Assembly (NCBI GenBank): GCA_016186625.1
Contig: JACPLG010000007.1
Coordinates: 10,426 to 74,425 of the forward strand
Source: Candidatus Levyibacteriota bacterium
GTDB taxonomy: Bacteria > Patescibacteriota > Microgenomatia > Levybacterales > UBA12049
Direction of reading: 5' to 3'
Length of the DNA: 64,000 bases
Each line of letters begins with the position of its first letter. Position 1 is the stretch's first letter. A program made the translations under genes and the position numbers. Below the pieces are notes generated by a model, which saw only the letters and a program-made list of their open reading frames with translations, was not told the DNA's origin and searched no databases. Shown here one piece after another: positions 37,066 through 47,270 of this stretch.

Positions 37066-37232
37066 TCACTAACTTCTGACTTCTAAGACACTTCGTTCTA
37101 AATCGCTAATTGTTAGAGCAATAGCGTCTCAGGAGCAAGAGTGAAACGTCTTATTAGTTGATCAGGACTTGATATTTTTATCTTCTGGTGGTAGAGTAGG
37201 GTAGATTCGCATTGGTATTAGAGGCAAGGATT

Positions 37233-37679
37233 ATGAAAGTAGCAAATGCGATGAGTAAGAAAGTTGACTATGTTACTCCTGAAACCAGAGTTAAGGAATT
37301 TTCAAAATTGATTTTTTCACATCACATCAACGGTGTCCCAGTTCTAAAACGAAAAAAAGTGATTGGTTTTATCACCGAGAGAGATATTCTCAAGCAATTT
37401 TTTCCTTCCATCCGAGAATACATGGAAGACCCTGTAAATGAAGCAAACTTTGAAAAAATGGAAAAGAAAATCTCAAGAATTTTTGATCTTCAGGCAAAAA
37501 AAATAATGAGCAAACGCCCCGTTACAATTCTACCAGACGTACCTCTTCTTGAAGCACTGTCAACAATGTTTACCAACAAAGTTGGAAGACTCCCGGTAGT
37601 TAATAAAAAAGGATATATGGTAGGTATCATTGCAAAAAGAGATATATTTAAATATCTTGTTGGTAAGAAGCTAAAATGA
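37233..37679 (+). CDS. CBS-domain protein
   Basis: Tandem CBS motifs VIGFITERDI and VGRLPVV..MVGIIAKRDI. Confidence 0.9.
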   Translation: MKVANAMSKKVDYVTPETRVKEFSKLIFSHHINGVPVLKRKKVIGFITERDILKQFFPSIREYMEDPVNEANFEKMEKKISRIFDLQAKKIMSKRPVTILPDVPLLEALSTMFTNKVGRLPVVNKKGYMVGIIAKRDIFKYLVGKKLK

Positions 37680-37732
37680 CCCGTTCGACATGCTTCGCAA
37701 AGAGGCGAGGGTCTAGGTAGTAAGATATAGCT

Positions 37733-38284
37733 ATGAAAAAAATATTTTTGAGCTTTATTTTCTTTTTGATTGCATTTTCAACTCCTGTATATGCGCAGAC
37801 TGAAATTCCAATACCAACTGTTAGCACCAGCCCTACTCCAACACAACAACTTATAGATTATCAGCTGCCATATCCAGGAATTCTTCCAGGCAGTCCCCTT
37901 TATTCTATAAAAATGATAAGAGACAGGATTATAGAATTTCTTATTTCCGATCCTTTAAAAAAAGCGGACTTTTATATTTTGCAAGCAGACAAAAGAGTAG
38001 CAGCTGCAATCTTACTTTTTGAAAAAGGAAACAATAGTCTTGGACAAACAACAATTTCAAAGGGCCAGAACTATTTAGAAAAATCTTTAGAAAAAGCAAT
38101 GGCGGCAAAAAACTCGGGAAAAGATGCCAAAGATGTTTTAGCCCGAGTAAAAAACTCGGCAACCAAACAAAGACAAGAAATAGAAAATCTTAGTAAAAAA
38201 TCTAATGAAATAAAAAGAATACTTTCGGGAGATCTTGGAAGAGTTCAAAGATTCGAAAAAAGTGTAGAAGAGATTAAGCCATAA
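37733..38284 (+). CDS. Secreted DUF5667-like protein
   Basis: Signal peptide; YQLPYPGILPGSPLYSIKMIRD..ADKRV. Confidence 0.7.
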   Translation: MKKIFLSFIFFLIAFSTPVYAQTEIPIPTVSTSPTPTQQLIDYQLPYPGILPGSPLYSIKMIRDRIIEFLISDPLKKADFYILQADKRVAAAILLFEKGNNSLGQTTISKGQNYLEKSLEKAMAAKNSGKDAKDVLARVKNSATKQRQEIENLSKKSNEIKRILSGDLGRVQRFEKSVEEIKP

Positions 38285-38447
38285 AGGCAGGCTTAACTCA
38301 ACTTTCGCGTCATTTTTTTACTCGCCACATAATTTAAATAAGCTATTTTTTTACCCGAATTTTAGTAAATTTTTTCTTACAACTTTAATGAGATCAAAAA
38401 ACGAGGCTAAAAAATGACTTGATTAGTTTTGATGTACTTATTGTTAG

Positions 38448-38500
38448 TTGACACCCCACTTATAGGGGCATATGATCGATCTTGACACTAGATTTAGTGT
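38448..38500 (+). promoter_or_regulatory. Sigma70 promoter with tandem NrdR boxes
   Basis: TTGACA(38448)-17 bp-TATGAT(38471); boxes ACCCCACTTATAGGGG (38453-38468) and ACACTAGATTTAGTGT (38485-38500), 32 bp apart. Confidence 0.8.
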
Positions 38501-38583
38501 ATCGGATTTAAGTTCGAGCACAGATCAGTAGAGCACTTTAACTTGCCCTATTTGCTATTTGATATTTACTTTTTAATATTTCT

Positions 38584-39033
38584 ATGAAGTGTCCATATTG
38601 CGGATCAAAAGATACTGAAGTAGTTGAAACCAGAGACTCGGAAGATTTGGAAACCATTAGGAGGAGACGAAACTGCGTTAAATGTGAGAAAAGATTTACT
38701 ACATATGAGCGAGTCGAGAATGTTAATCTGGTTGTTATTAAAAAAGACGGAAGGAGAGAGCAATTTAATAGAGACAAGCTCAAAAATGGAATTATTAGAT
38801 CCTGCGAAAAGACCAAAGTTTCGGTTGAAGACATAGAGAAAATTGTTACAGAAGTTGAAAGAGAACTGCGAGGTGCAGACTCGGTTGAGGTAGAAAGTAA
38901 AAAGATCGGGCAGATGGTTGCGGGCAAATTAAAAAAGTTAGACAAGATAGCATACATCCGTTTTTCAAGTGTATTTAGAAGATTTGTAGATATTGAAGAT
39001 TTTGAGAAAGAAGTAAAGAAACTTATTAACTAA
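38584..39033 (+). CDS. nrdR: Transcriptional repressor NrdR
   Basis: MKCPYCG..TEVVETR..IRRRRNCVKCEKRFTTYER; ATP cone; AYIRFSSVFR. Confidence 0.98.
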   Translation: MKCPYCGSKDTEVVETRDSEDLETIRRRRNCVKCEKRFTTYERVENVNLVVIKKDGRREQFNRDKLKNGIIRSCEKTKVSVEDIEKIVTEVERELRGADSVEVESKKIGQMVAGKLKKLDKIAYIRFSSVFRRFVDIEDFEKEVKKLIN

Positions 39034-39136
39034 GTCAAAAAGCAAAATGCAAAAGTCAAAATTTAAAGTAAAAAGTAAAAAAGTTTAATAATTTTGAATT
39101 GTACTTTTGAGTTTTGATTTTTAACTTTTGAATTTT
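39034..39136. repeat. Family B inverted heptamer element (empty) between nrdR and nrdJ
   Basis: gtcaaaaagcaaaatgcaaaagtcaaaa ... ttttgagttttgatttttaacttttgaatttt. Confidence 0.8.
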
Positions 39137-41530
39137 ATGAAATTAGACGGTGTGAGACAAAAAGTATTTTTAGACAGATACTCTTTAAAAGATAAAGAGG
39201 GAAAACCTCTTGAAAAAACTCCGGATGAGATGTGGCGGCGCGTTGCCAAGGGAATTGCAGGACAGGAAAAGAAAAGTCTTCAAAAAATCTGGGAGAAGAA
39301 ATTTTATGATGCTATATCTGGGTTTAAGTTTCTTCCGGGCGGACGAATTCTTGCAGGAGCAGGGACTGGATTTGATGTAACTTATTTTAATTGTTTTGTA
39401 ATTCCTTCCCCAAAAGACTCCCGTGACGGAATTTTAGATAACCTCAAAATCATGATTGAAATTATGGCACGCGGCGGAGGAGTTGGAATTAATTTATCTT
39501 CTCTTCGTCCAAAAGGAGCAAGAGTTAAAAAAGTAAACGGATTTTCCTCAGGCCCTATGAACTGGGCTGAGCTTTATTCTTTGGCAACTAAAGATATTAT
39601 TCAGCAAGGAGGAAGCAGGCGCGGCGCTTTAATGCTTATGCTTCATGATTGGCATCCGGATATTGAGGAGTTCATTACTGTTAAAGAAGATCTAAGAAGA
39701 ATTAACGGCGCAAATCTATCCGTCTGTGTTTCCGATGATTTCATGGAGGCAGTAAAAAATGATTCGGATTGGAAACTGGAATTCCCGGATTTGGATGACC
39801 CCAAGTATGACAAAAAATGGGATGGAGACTTAAAAGCCTGGAAGGCACGTGGCGGGCGAGTTGTAGTCAAGAAGACAGTTAAGGCAAAATACCTCTGGGA
39901 TCTAATTTGCAGCGCTGCATGGAGATCTGCTGAGCCAGGACTTCACTTTTTGGACAGAAGCAACAAGCGTTCGAATACGTATTATTTTGAGCAGTTAATT
40001 GCAACCAACCCTTGCGGAGAACAGCCACTTGGGGAGTGGGCGGTTTGTAATCTTGGCGCAATTAATCTCTCAGCCTATGTACATGGAGGAGAGTTTGATT
40101 ATAAAAACTTTGGTAAAGATGTAAGAACTGCCATCCGATTTTTAGATAATGTTATTGATGATACATATTATTTTTATCCTGAAAATGAAAAAATTGCTAA
40201 GGATATCCGCCGAACAGGCCTTGGTATCTTAGGCCTTGCTGACGCTTTAATTAAAATGAAGCTAAGGTACGGCGCTGCGGAAACAGAAGAGACATTGCGA
40301 AAAATCTTTGAGACTTTGCGAGATAATGCGTATGACGCATCAGCTGACATTGCCAAAGAAAAAGGAGCTTTTCCTAAATTTAAGGCGGCAAAATATCTTA
40401 AAGGTTATCATATACAAGCCTTGCCCCAGAAAATTAAAGACAAGATTGCCAGAAATGGAATAAGAAACGCAGTACTTCTTACAATTGCGCCAACTGGAAC
40501 AACCTCTTTAATCTCAGGAGTTTCTTCTGGAGTTGAGCCTGTTTATGAGTTCGAGTTCATAAGACGCGACCGCCTTGGAGAACACAAAATGTACCATCCT
40601 TTGTTTGAAGCATGGAAAAAAAATCACCCAAATGACGTAAAACCGGATTACTTTGTCTCAGCAAATGATCTGACACCCGAAGAGCACGTTATGGTGCAAT
40701 CTATTGCTCAGGAATATATTGATTCTTCAATTTCAAAAACCGTTAACGCGCCCAATGCCCACACCCCGGAGGACGTCAAAAATCTCTATATGCTGGCTTA
40801 TGAGCACGGTCTTAAAGGCATTACATATATGAGAGAGGGAAGCAGGGAAGGAGTTTTGTCTAGGGTGAATGATAAAAAAGACCAGACTTTGGGCAGGCAG
40901 GAGTCTGCGCCGGCCACTCTTCCCAAAGAATATGTTAGAGCGCCTCGTCCAATGATGGTTGAAGGAGTTACCTACAAAACTCAAACTCCAGTTGGAGATA
41001 CCTTTATCACTCTAAATCATGATCAAGGGGGAGAACCTTTTGAAGTATTTATAACAATTGGAAAAACAGGATCAGATCTTTCTGCAATGGCTGACGCTCT
41101 GGGCAGAATGATTTCCCTAAACCTTCGTCTCGCAGGCAACCTGCCGCCGCGCGAGAGGATTAGACAGGTTATATCACAGCTCTCAGGAATCGGGGGCGCT
41201 CGAAGCGTAGGCTTCGGAGAAAATAGAGTGCGCTCCCTTCCTGATGCTGTTGCCAAGATTTTGGCAAAGCAATATGCATTTAGAGTAAATGGTGCTGTTG
41301 AAGACAAACTTGCGCCAGGTGTCCTAACACCGGTTGCCACACCGGCGGCAGATTTACCTTCGGAAAAGGAAGAAATAACAGTTTTGCAACAACTCCCTTT
41401 ACAAGAAGGGATTGTAGGTAGTAAAGCAGACACTCATTTATTTGATATTTGTCCTGAATGCGGAGCAGGAGCATTTGCATATGAAGAAGGTTGCAGGAAA
41501 TGCTATTCCTGCGGCCACTCTGAATGCTAG
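39137..41530 (+). CDS. nrdJ: Class II adenosylcobalamin-dependent ribonucleotide reductase
   Basis: NCFV, ATNPCGEQPL, CNLG, IAPTGTTS, SISKTVN; C-terminal TSCPD-like region and CPECG..EEGCRKCYSCG. Confidence 0.95.
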   Translation: MKLDGVRQKVFLDRYSLKDKEGKPLEKTPDEMWRRVAKGIAGQEKKSLQKIWEKKFYDAISGFKFLPGGRILAGAGTGFDVTYFNCFVIPSPKDSRDGILDNLKIMIEIMARGGGVGINLSSLRPKGARVKKVNGFSSGPMNWAELYSLATKDIIQQGGSRRGALMLMLHDWHPDIEEFITVKEDLRRINGANLSVCVSDDFMEAVKNDSDWKLEFPDLDDPKYDKKWDGDLKAWKARGGRVVVKKTVKAKYLWDLICSAAWRSAEPGLHFLDRSNKRSNTYYFEQLIATNPCGEQPLGEWAVCNLGAINLSAYVHGGEFDYKNFGKDVRTAIRFLDNVIDDTYYFYPENEKIAKDIRRTGLGILGLADALIKMKLRYGAAETEETLRKIFETLRDNAYDASADIAKEKGAFPKFKAAKYLKGYHIQALPQKIKDKIARNGIRNAVLLTIAPTGTTSLISGVSSGVEPVYEFEFIRRDRLGEHKMYHPLFEAWKKNHPNDVKPDYFVSANDLTPEEHVMVQSIAQEYIDSSISKTVNAPNAHTPEDVKNLYMLAYEHGLKGITYMREGSREGVLSRVNDKKDQTLGRQESAPATLPKEYVRAPRPMMVEGVTYKTQTPVGDTFITLNHDQGGEPFEVFITIGKTGSDLSAMADALGRMISLNLRLAGNLPPRERIRQVISQLSGIGGARSVGFGENRVRSLPDAVAKILAKQYAFRVNGAVEDKLAPGVLTPVATPAADLPSEKEEITVLQQLPLQEGIVGSKADTHLFDICPECGAGAFAYEEGCRKCYSCGHSEC

Positions 41531-41607
41531 ATGCGAATGCATGCGAATTTTTACTTCGAATTAATTCGAATAGATTCGGAATAAAAATTAGTATACATTA
41601 GATTTCA

Positions 41608-41700
41608 GTAAGGTTTGGGCAAGCGAGGTTTAATACCTTCACAGTGCCGCTACCGTAAAGTCGGAAAACCACCTTACGCTATTTACCCGAGCAGGTTTTT
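41608..41700 (+). promoter_or_regulatory. Compact cobalamin riboswitch candidate
   Basis: GTAAGG...GGGCAA..AGGTTTAATACCT..CAGTGCCGCTACCGTAAAGTCGGAAAACC..CCTTAC resembles the B12-box core; lies upstream of B12 uptake genes. Confidence 0.65.
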
Positions 41701-41708
41701 AAACGCGC

Positions 41709-41754
41709 AAACTTCTCGGGATACCGAAGAACGGGGCAAACGAGGAGTTTTTTT
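41709..41754 (+). terminator. Putative attenuator terminator after riboswitch
   Basis: aaacttctcg...cgaggagttt followed by T-run. Confidence 0.55.
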
Positions 41755-41756
41755 AT

Positions 41757-41825
41757 GGTTCGACAGGGACTTCGGCTGAGCTTAGTCGAATGCCCTGACC
41801 ATAAATCCTGAGCTTGTCGAAGGAT
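41757..41825. repeat. REP-like TTCGAC/CTGAGCTTGTCGAA palindromic repeat (nested)
   Basis: ggttcgacagggacttcggctgagcttagtcgaatgccctgaccat...cctgagcttgtcgaagg. Confidence 0.7.
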
Positions 41826-41826
41826 T

Positions 41827-42201
41827 ATGACAAAAAGAGCAAAGATTTATTTACTTGCCGCTGTAGTTTTCATTTTAATTTTTAATGTTTTCTTTGGTTT
41901 GTTTCTAATGCAAAGAAATACAAAACCTGAGTCAGAAATCAAACCAACTGTTGCCATTCAAAATAATATTTTTTCTTATAAAGGAGAAGATGGAAAAGAC
42001 GCACTGACAATTTTGAAAGAGAAAATTAGAGTCGAGGAGTCCTCTTCCGGTTTGGTTATTTCGATAAACAATAGAAAAGCAGAAGAGGACAATAAAGAGT
42101 TTTGGGCATTCTATGTGAATGGGAAAATGGCAGAAGTGGGTCCCTCGGATTATCAAACAAAGGATGGGGATTTGATAGAATGGAAAATTCAAAAATATTA
42201 A
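41827..42201 (+). CDS. DUF4430 (transcobalamin C-terminal-like) membrane-anchored protein
   Basis: TM; VISINN...EFWAFYVNGKMAEVGPSDYQTKDGDLIEWK. Confidence 0.8.
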   Translation: MTKRAKIYLLAAVVFILIFNVFFGLFLMQRNTKPESEIKPTVAIQNNIFSYKGEDGKDALTILKEKIRVEESSSGLVISINNRKAEEDNKEFWAFYVNGKMAEVGPSDYQTKDGDLIEWKIQKY

Positions 42202-42734
42202 GCATTGAAAAAATAATTTTGCCTGTTGCGATTGTATTGTTCGGAGTATTACTTCGGCTAGTTCCGCATCCTCCAAACTTTGCTCCAATTGCGGCAATGG
42301 CGCTTTTTGGAGGAGCATACATTAGCAAGAGATATGCCTTGATTGTTCCTTTGACTGCGTTATTTTTATCAGACATTGTTATTGGATTTCACTCCACAAT
42401 GCCCTTTGTCTATATTAGTTTTATATTGATCGGACTTGTGGGATTGTGGCTTAGGAAAAGGAGGAGTTTGAAGTGGGTTCTGGGGGCAACTCTCTTTTCT
42501 TCTTTACTTTTTTTTGTAATTACTAACTTTGGAGTTTGGACCGTTGGCGCTTTATATCCCCTGACTTTAGATGGTTTAATCCGCTGTTTTTATCTTGCTT
42601 TGCCTTTTTTCCGAAATACGGTTGTTGGAGATTTGATTTTTGTTGGGTTGTTTTTTGGAAGTTTTGAGCTCGTATTAAGGCTATCACAAAGGTTTGTCTA
42701 TGGCAGGAAAAATTTATACAAGAACAGGAGATAA
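42180..42734 (+). CDS. ECF S-component-like cobalamin transporter (DUF6580/BtuM-CbrT-like)
   Basis: RLVPHPPNFAPIAAMALFGG, FFVITNFGVW, ALPFFRNTVVGD; sits between DUF4430 and pduO. Confidence 0.7.
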   Translation: MENSKILSIEKIILPVAIVLFGVLLRLVPHPPNFAPIAAMALFGGAYISKRYALIVPLTALFLSDIVIGFHSTMPFVYISFILIGLVGLWLRKRRSLKWVLGATLFSSLLFFVITNFGVWTVGALYPLTLDGLIRCFYLALPFFRNTVVGDLIFVGLFFGSFELVLRLSQRFVYGRKNLYKNRR

Positions 42735-43257
42735 AGGTAAAACCTCACTTTTTGACGGGAAAAGAGTTTTAAAATCTGATAAAAAAGTTGAGGCTTATGG
42801 AACCATAGACGAATTAAACAGTGCAATCGGCGCCGCATCGGCGTTTATAAAAGTTCGATCGATCCAAGAGGAACTTGAAGAAATACAAAACGATCTTTTG
42901 GAAATCGGCTCATCTCTTGCAGTTTCCTCAACTTTGCCCGTAGATCAATTATCCAAACGTCCCGAAGAGTTTGAAAAACTGATAGACAAACTCACCAAAG
43001 AGCTCCCGGCCTTAAATCAGTTTATTTTGCCGGGCGGGGGAAAAGGAGGCTCCCTATTACACTTGGCTCGAACAATAACCCGCCGGGCAGAGCGGCGCGT
43101 TGTTGGCTTATCCAAAAGCGAAAACATTGATCAAACAATAATAACTTACTTAAATCGCCTTTCAGACCTCCTTTTTACAATGGCGCGTTTCGTTAACCAC
43201 AAAGAAAACCGCAACGGCTCGCTCAGGGCAAGCGAAAAAATTTGGAGGAAAAAATGA
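42700..43257 (+). CDS. pduO: PduO-type cob(I)alamin adenosyltransferase
   Basis: KIYTRTGDKGKTSL, AYGTIDELNS, FILPGG, RRAER, YLNRLSDLLF. Confidence 0.95.
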   Translation: MAGKIYTRTGDKGKTSLFDGKRVLKSDKKVEAYGTIDELNSAIGAASAFIKVRSIQEELEEIQNDLLEIGSSLAVSSTLPVDQLSKRPEEFEKLIDKLTKELPALNQFILPGGGKGGSLLHLARTITRRAERRVVGLSKSENIDQTIITYLNRLSDLLFTMARFVNHKENRNGSLRASEKIWRKK

Positions 43258-44435
43258 CAGAAAGAGCAGATATTCCCCAGTACAACACAGTATTTGACAG
43301 CCGGAGATTCGTAGCGCTTATGGCGGAGAGGAGAACAGTTGGGTTTGAAACATCACTTGTTAGAGAGAAAGCTTATATTGGGCAGCAATTAAAAACTGAT
43401 TTAGGAGAAAGACTAGATGTTGCAAAAAGCACATTTGTTTATGAGATAAGAGATGGAAAATTATATGAACCAGGTAGAGACGAGCCAATGGAGGAAGTGA
43501 TCAAAAGAGGGATGGGGAGAAATCCAAAAGACAGAGAAAGAGATGCAGCAGAATTGGGTTCATTTACAGGTGTTATTCAGGGATTTTTAGCAAAAGAGGA
43601 TACGCCGGATGGGACTACTGTTCTTGCAGTCTCTCCACGAGGACTGCCGGGCTCTTTTGAGAAAAAAAACTTCTTTCAGGTTTATGTTAGGGAAGGGGAA
43701 TATATAATTGGTACAAGGTATTTTTCAGATTTAACCAACGAGGATTATCGAAGAAAAATCATAAGCATAAATCCTGCTTATTCTACTCTTATACCAGAAA
43801 AACCAACAGACGTGGATCTTAAATCAAATCCTATGGTTATTCCGTGTCATCTTGATTATTCAGCAGATCCTGACAAATTGGCTATGTTTCTTTTGAAAAA
43901 AGAAATAGGAATGCCGCAGGAGCAGTTAGATGAGGTATGGGAAGTTGTAACTCCGCTGGTAACAAGTTATACAAATACTTTGATAGAAAAACCAGGAGAC
44001 CTATATTGGCTTGAAATGAATTATAGAGCATTACTTAATGGCGCGCATAAAACCAGCGAGCGAGTATTAGAACAAAAATTCAACTACGCAGAGTTAACAC
44101 TGGACGAAAGAGCTCGGACTACTTACTTCGCCTGGACTGGAACACGGATTGAGATCGAAATGCTCGCGGGTGAAGAAATAAAAATTGGTGGGGGGGCGTG
44201 CGGTTCAGGGTCCTGCTCAACGTCATCGGAATCATCATCCGGGGTTTCAGATTCACCCTTGGATAACCTTGACGGAATGGGGAAAATAAACTTTCGCTGT
44301 CCGGATTGCAATGAGCTGAACACCAGAGAGTTATTTAACTATGTAAAGAGTTGTAAAAATTGCGGAAGTGATAAAGTACTTCCTCCCAGCCTAAGAGGCA
44401 AGATTTTTCAGCTGGGCCAAATGATGAACCAATAA
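43254..44435 (+). CDS. Hypothetical protein with C-terminal Zn ribbon
   Basis: FRCPDCNELNTR...CKNCG. Confidence 0.7.
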   Translation: MTERADIPQYNTVFDSRRFVALMAERRTVGFETSLVREKAYIGQQLKTDLGERLDVAKSTFVYEIRDGKLYEPGRDEPMEEVIKRGMGRNPKDRERDAAELGSFTGVIQGFLAKEDTPDGTTVLAVSPRGLPGSFEKKNFFQVYVREGEYIIGTRYFSDLTNEDYRRKIISINPAYSTLIPEKPTDVDLKSNPMVIPCHLDYSADPDKLAMFLLKKEIGMPQEQLDEVWEVVTPLVTSYTNTLIEKPGDLYWLEMNYRALLNGAHKTSERVLEQKFNYAELTLDERARTTYFAWTGTRIEIEMLAGEEIKIGGGACGSGSCSTSSESSSGVSDSPLDNLDGMGKINFRCPDCNELNTRELFNYVKSCKNCGSDKVLPPSLRGKIFQLGQMMNQ

Positions 44436-44501
44436 TTCTTGTTAGGAATTTGTTAGGATTTTTTCAATTAATCTAGCTTTGTTGTGGTATCATAGTTGTG
44501 T

Positions 44502-44849
44502 ATGGAAGACAAAAGAAAAGTTCCAGTTGGTGTAACACCTAGCCTGAATACAGAAGGAGCACCTGTAACAACAGGTCCAAGTCCTGATATTACAGAGTTT
44601 GTGAAACCTACCCATGGTGAGGCAGAGGTTCCTATAACTCTTCAAGGTTATATAAAACAAAATCCAGTAGCTAAATTACCTAATGCTCCGGGAATGGAGC
44701 CAGTTCCTCCAGTTTTTGAGAGTTTAGAATCAATTCGGGGGAATGTGATTCCGATTAAGCAATTAAGAGAGAAGAGTGAAGGAGATGCAGAAAGCGGAGC
44801 TGCTGATTTAGCAAGAGTTAGAAAAAGACAGCTTAATAGAGCTGCTTAG
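44502..44849 (+). CDS. Hypothetical protein
   Basis: ORF with TGGTATCAT -10-like element upstream. Confidence 0.55.
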   Translation: MEDKRKVPVGVTPSLNTEGAPVTTGPSPDITEFVKPTHGEAEVPITLQGYIKQNPVAKLPNAPGMEPVPPVFESLESIRGNVIPIKQLREKSEGDAESGAADLARVRKRQLNRAA

Positions 44850-44886
44850 GGACGGTTTTAATCTGTACGGATTCCTGTTTAACATT

Positions 44887-47211
44887 ATGCTGACCATATT
44901 AATACTTGGTCTTCTTGTTGCTGGTACAATCGCATTTGGATATTTGGCGTTTCTCAAATATAAATTTAGAAACAAGGAAAAAGAGTCGCTTGATTCAACT
45001 CTTATTCAGGTAGCACTGCCCCGCGATAATGAAATAAAAGTTGATGCTTCGGAACAGCTTTTCTCAAGCTTTGCCTCACTTCATAAGAGTGGAACAATTC
45101 CTTTTCTTATAACTCAACCAAGTATTTCTTTTGAAATAGTAGGAATGCCTGGAGACATCCGCTTTTTTGTTTCAACCCCCAATAAATATAAAGATTTTGT
45201 CGAAAAACAGATCCATGGAGCATACCCGGACGCAGAAATAAGAGAGGTTGATGAAAAAACACCCCTTAAAGAAGGGTATGTGGTGGGAAATGACTACAAT
45301 ATTTTCGCAGAAAATGCAAAAGTAGCATTTGCGCAACTCGTTCTTAAAAAATCAAATTATGAGCCCATTAAAGTTTATAAAGACCTTCCCACAGATCCTC
45401 TCTCAACAATCACTTCAGTTCTTGCCAAGATGACTGAAGGAGAAGGAGCTGCAATTCAGGTGCTAATTTCCCCGGCTGACTCAAAATGGAAAAAGTTAGG
45501 AAGAGACTTCCTGGCAAAGACCAAAAAAGAGGAAGCAAACCCTGAAACAGCAAAATACTCGGCCGATCCAAAAGAGCTTGAGGGGATTGAAAATAAGATA
45601 GGAAAGCCTGGGTTTAGCACAGTTATTAGAGTAGTTGTTTCTTCATCAACTAAAGAATCAGCGGAAGCACATCTTAACAATATTGTCAATGTTTTCAGTC
45701 AGTTTTCGGGTCTTAATTCTTTCACAAAAAGCGCAGTAAGAAGACAAAAATCTTTTATGGACGATTTTATTTATCGTTATCCTAAAAGAATAGGTACTTC
45801 GTCAATTTTAACCTCGGAAGAACTTGCAACAATCTATCATTTTCCAAATAAATCTGTTGCAACACCTCACATTTTCTGGATTACTTCAAAAAGAGCTCCA
45901 GCTGCTGCACACGTTCCGACAACAGGTTTGTACCTTGGAAAAAGTTCGTATAGAGGTTTGTCTCGAGATGTGTTTATCGAGCGAGATGATAGAAGACGCC
46001 ATATGTACATAATCGGAAAAACAGGAACTGGAAAAACAGAATTTCTAAAACAAATGATTATGCAGGATATAAAAAACGGAGAAGGAGTAGGAGTAGTAGA
46101 TCCTCATGGAGATTTAATTGAAGATGTTTTGCAGCTGATTCCGCCTGAGAGAGCAGAAGATGTTATTCTTTTTGACCCATCAGACACAGCCCGCCCCATG
46201 GGGCTAAATATGCTTGAGGCTTCAACTGAGGAGGAAAGACACTATGTTGTCTCATCAATAGTTGGCCTTATGTACAAGCTTTATGATCCTAATAAAACCG
46301 GAATAATCGGCCCCAGATTTGAACACGCAATTAGAAACGCAATGTTAACGGTTATGAGTAAGCCGGGAAGTACATTTATTGAGGTTGTCCGCGTTTTAAC
46401 TGATGCTAATTTTGTTCAGGAACTTTTGCCTTACGTCCAGGATCCTATCGTTCGCCGTTACTGGACGGACCAAATTGCTCAAACTTCAGATTTTCATAAG
46501 TCCGAGGTTTTGGACTATATAGTTTCCAAGTTTGGCCGCTTTGTTACCAATAAAACCATGAGAAACATAATAGGCCAATCCGAATCTGCGTTTAATTTCC
46601 GGGATGTTATGGATAATCAGAAAATACTTCTTGTTAATCTTTCCAAGGGAAAAATCGGAGAAGAAAATTCAGGTTTCCTGGGATTAGTTTTAGTCCCCAA
46701 GATTTTAGTAGCTGCAATGAGCAGGCAGAGTGTTTCAATGGATCAGCGTAAAGACTTTTTTCTCTATGTTGATGAATTCCAGAATTTTGCAACTCCGGAT
46801 TTTGCTCAGATTTTGTCCGAAGCCAGAAAATATCGTCTGGATTTAATAGTTGCCAATCAATTTATAGGACAAATGGAAGAGGAGGTTAAAAACGCGATTT
46901 TTGGAAATGTTGGGACACTTGCTGCATTTCGCGTAGGGGTAACTGATGCAAATTACCTCCAGCATGAGTTCCAACCAACGTTTACGGAAGCAGATCTAAT
47001 CAATATTGACCGCTTCAACGCTTATATGAGAACCGTTGTAAACGGAGAGCCAATTCCTCCATTTTCACTTGATACGACAAAGGATATGGAGCGCGAAAAA
47101 GCAATGATGAATCCAAGAGTTTCAGAGTTAATTAAGGAATTATCCAGACTCAAATACGGAAAAGATGTTGGTGTGATTGAGCAGGTAATAGCCCAGAGAG
47201 CATTACTTTAG
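44887..47211 (+). CDS. Type IV secretion coupling-protein-like ATPase (TraG/VirD4/TrwB, HerA-FtsK superfamily)
   Basis: N-terminal TM; DRRRHMYIIGKTGTGKT, VVDPHGDL, LYVDEFQNF, SEARKYRL..ANQF. Confidence 0.85.
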   Translation: MLTILILGLLVAGTIAFGYLAFLKYKFRNKEKESLDSTLIQVALPRDNEIKVDASEQLFSSFASLHKSGTIPFLITQPSISFEIVGMPGDIRFFVSTPNKYKDFVEKQIHGAYPDAEIREVDEKTPLKEGYVVGNDYNIFAENAKVAFAQLVLKKSNYEPIKVYKDLPTDPLSTITSVLAKMTEGEGAAIQVLISPADSKWKKLGRDFLAKTKKEEANPETAKYSADPKELEGIENKIGKPGFSTVIRVVVSSSTKESAEAHLNNIVNVFSQFSGLNSFTKSAVRRQKSFMDDFIYRYPKRIGTSSILTSEELATIYHFPNKSVATPHIFWITSKRAPAAAHVPTTGLYLGKSSYRGLSRDVFIERDDRRRHMYIIGKTGTGKTEFLKQMIMQDIKNGEGVGVVDPHGDLIEDVLQLIPPERAEDVILFDPSDTARPMGLNMLEASTEEERHYVVSSIVGLMYKLYDPNKTGIIGPRFEHAIRNAMLTVMSKPGSTFIEVVRVLTDANFVQELLPYVQDPIVRRYWTDQIAQTSDFHKSEVLDYIVSKFGRFVTNKTMRNIIGQSESAFNFRDVMDNQKILLVNLSKGKIGEENSGFLGLVLVPKILVAAMSRQSVSMDQRKDFFLYVDEFQNFATPDFAQILSEARKYRLDLIVANQFIGQMEEEVKNAIFGNVGTLAAFRVGVTDANYLQHEFQPTFTEADLINIDRFNAYMRTVVNGEPIPPFSLDTTKDMEREKAMMNPRVSELIKELSRLKYGKDVGVIEQVIAQRALL

Positions 47212-47270
47212 CGTTTAGCTACTAGCGTTTAGTTTTTCTTGGTGTGCTGAAAGCACTGAGCTTGTCGAAG

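Noticed and set aside
39137-41530. Intein in NrdJ
   Set aside because: Length and motif spacing are normal, and there is no C...HN splice signature.
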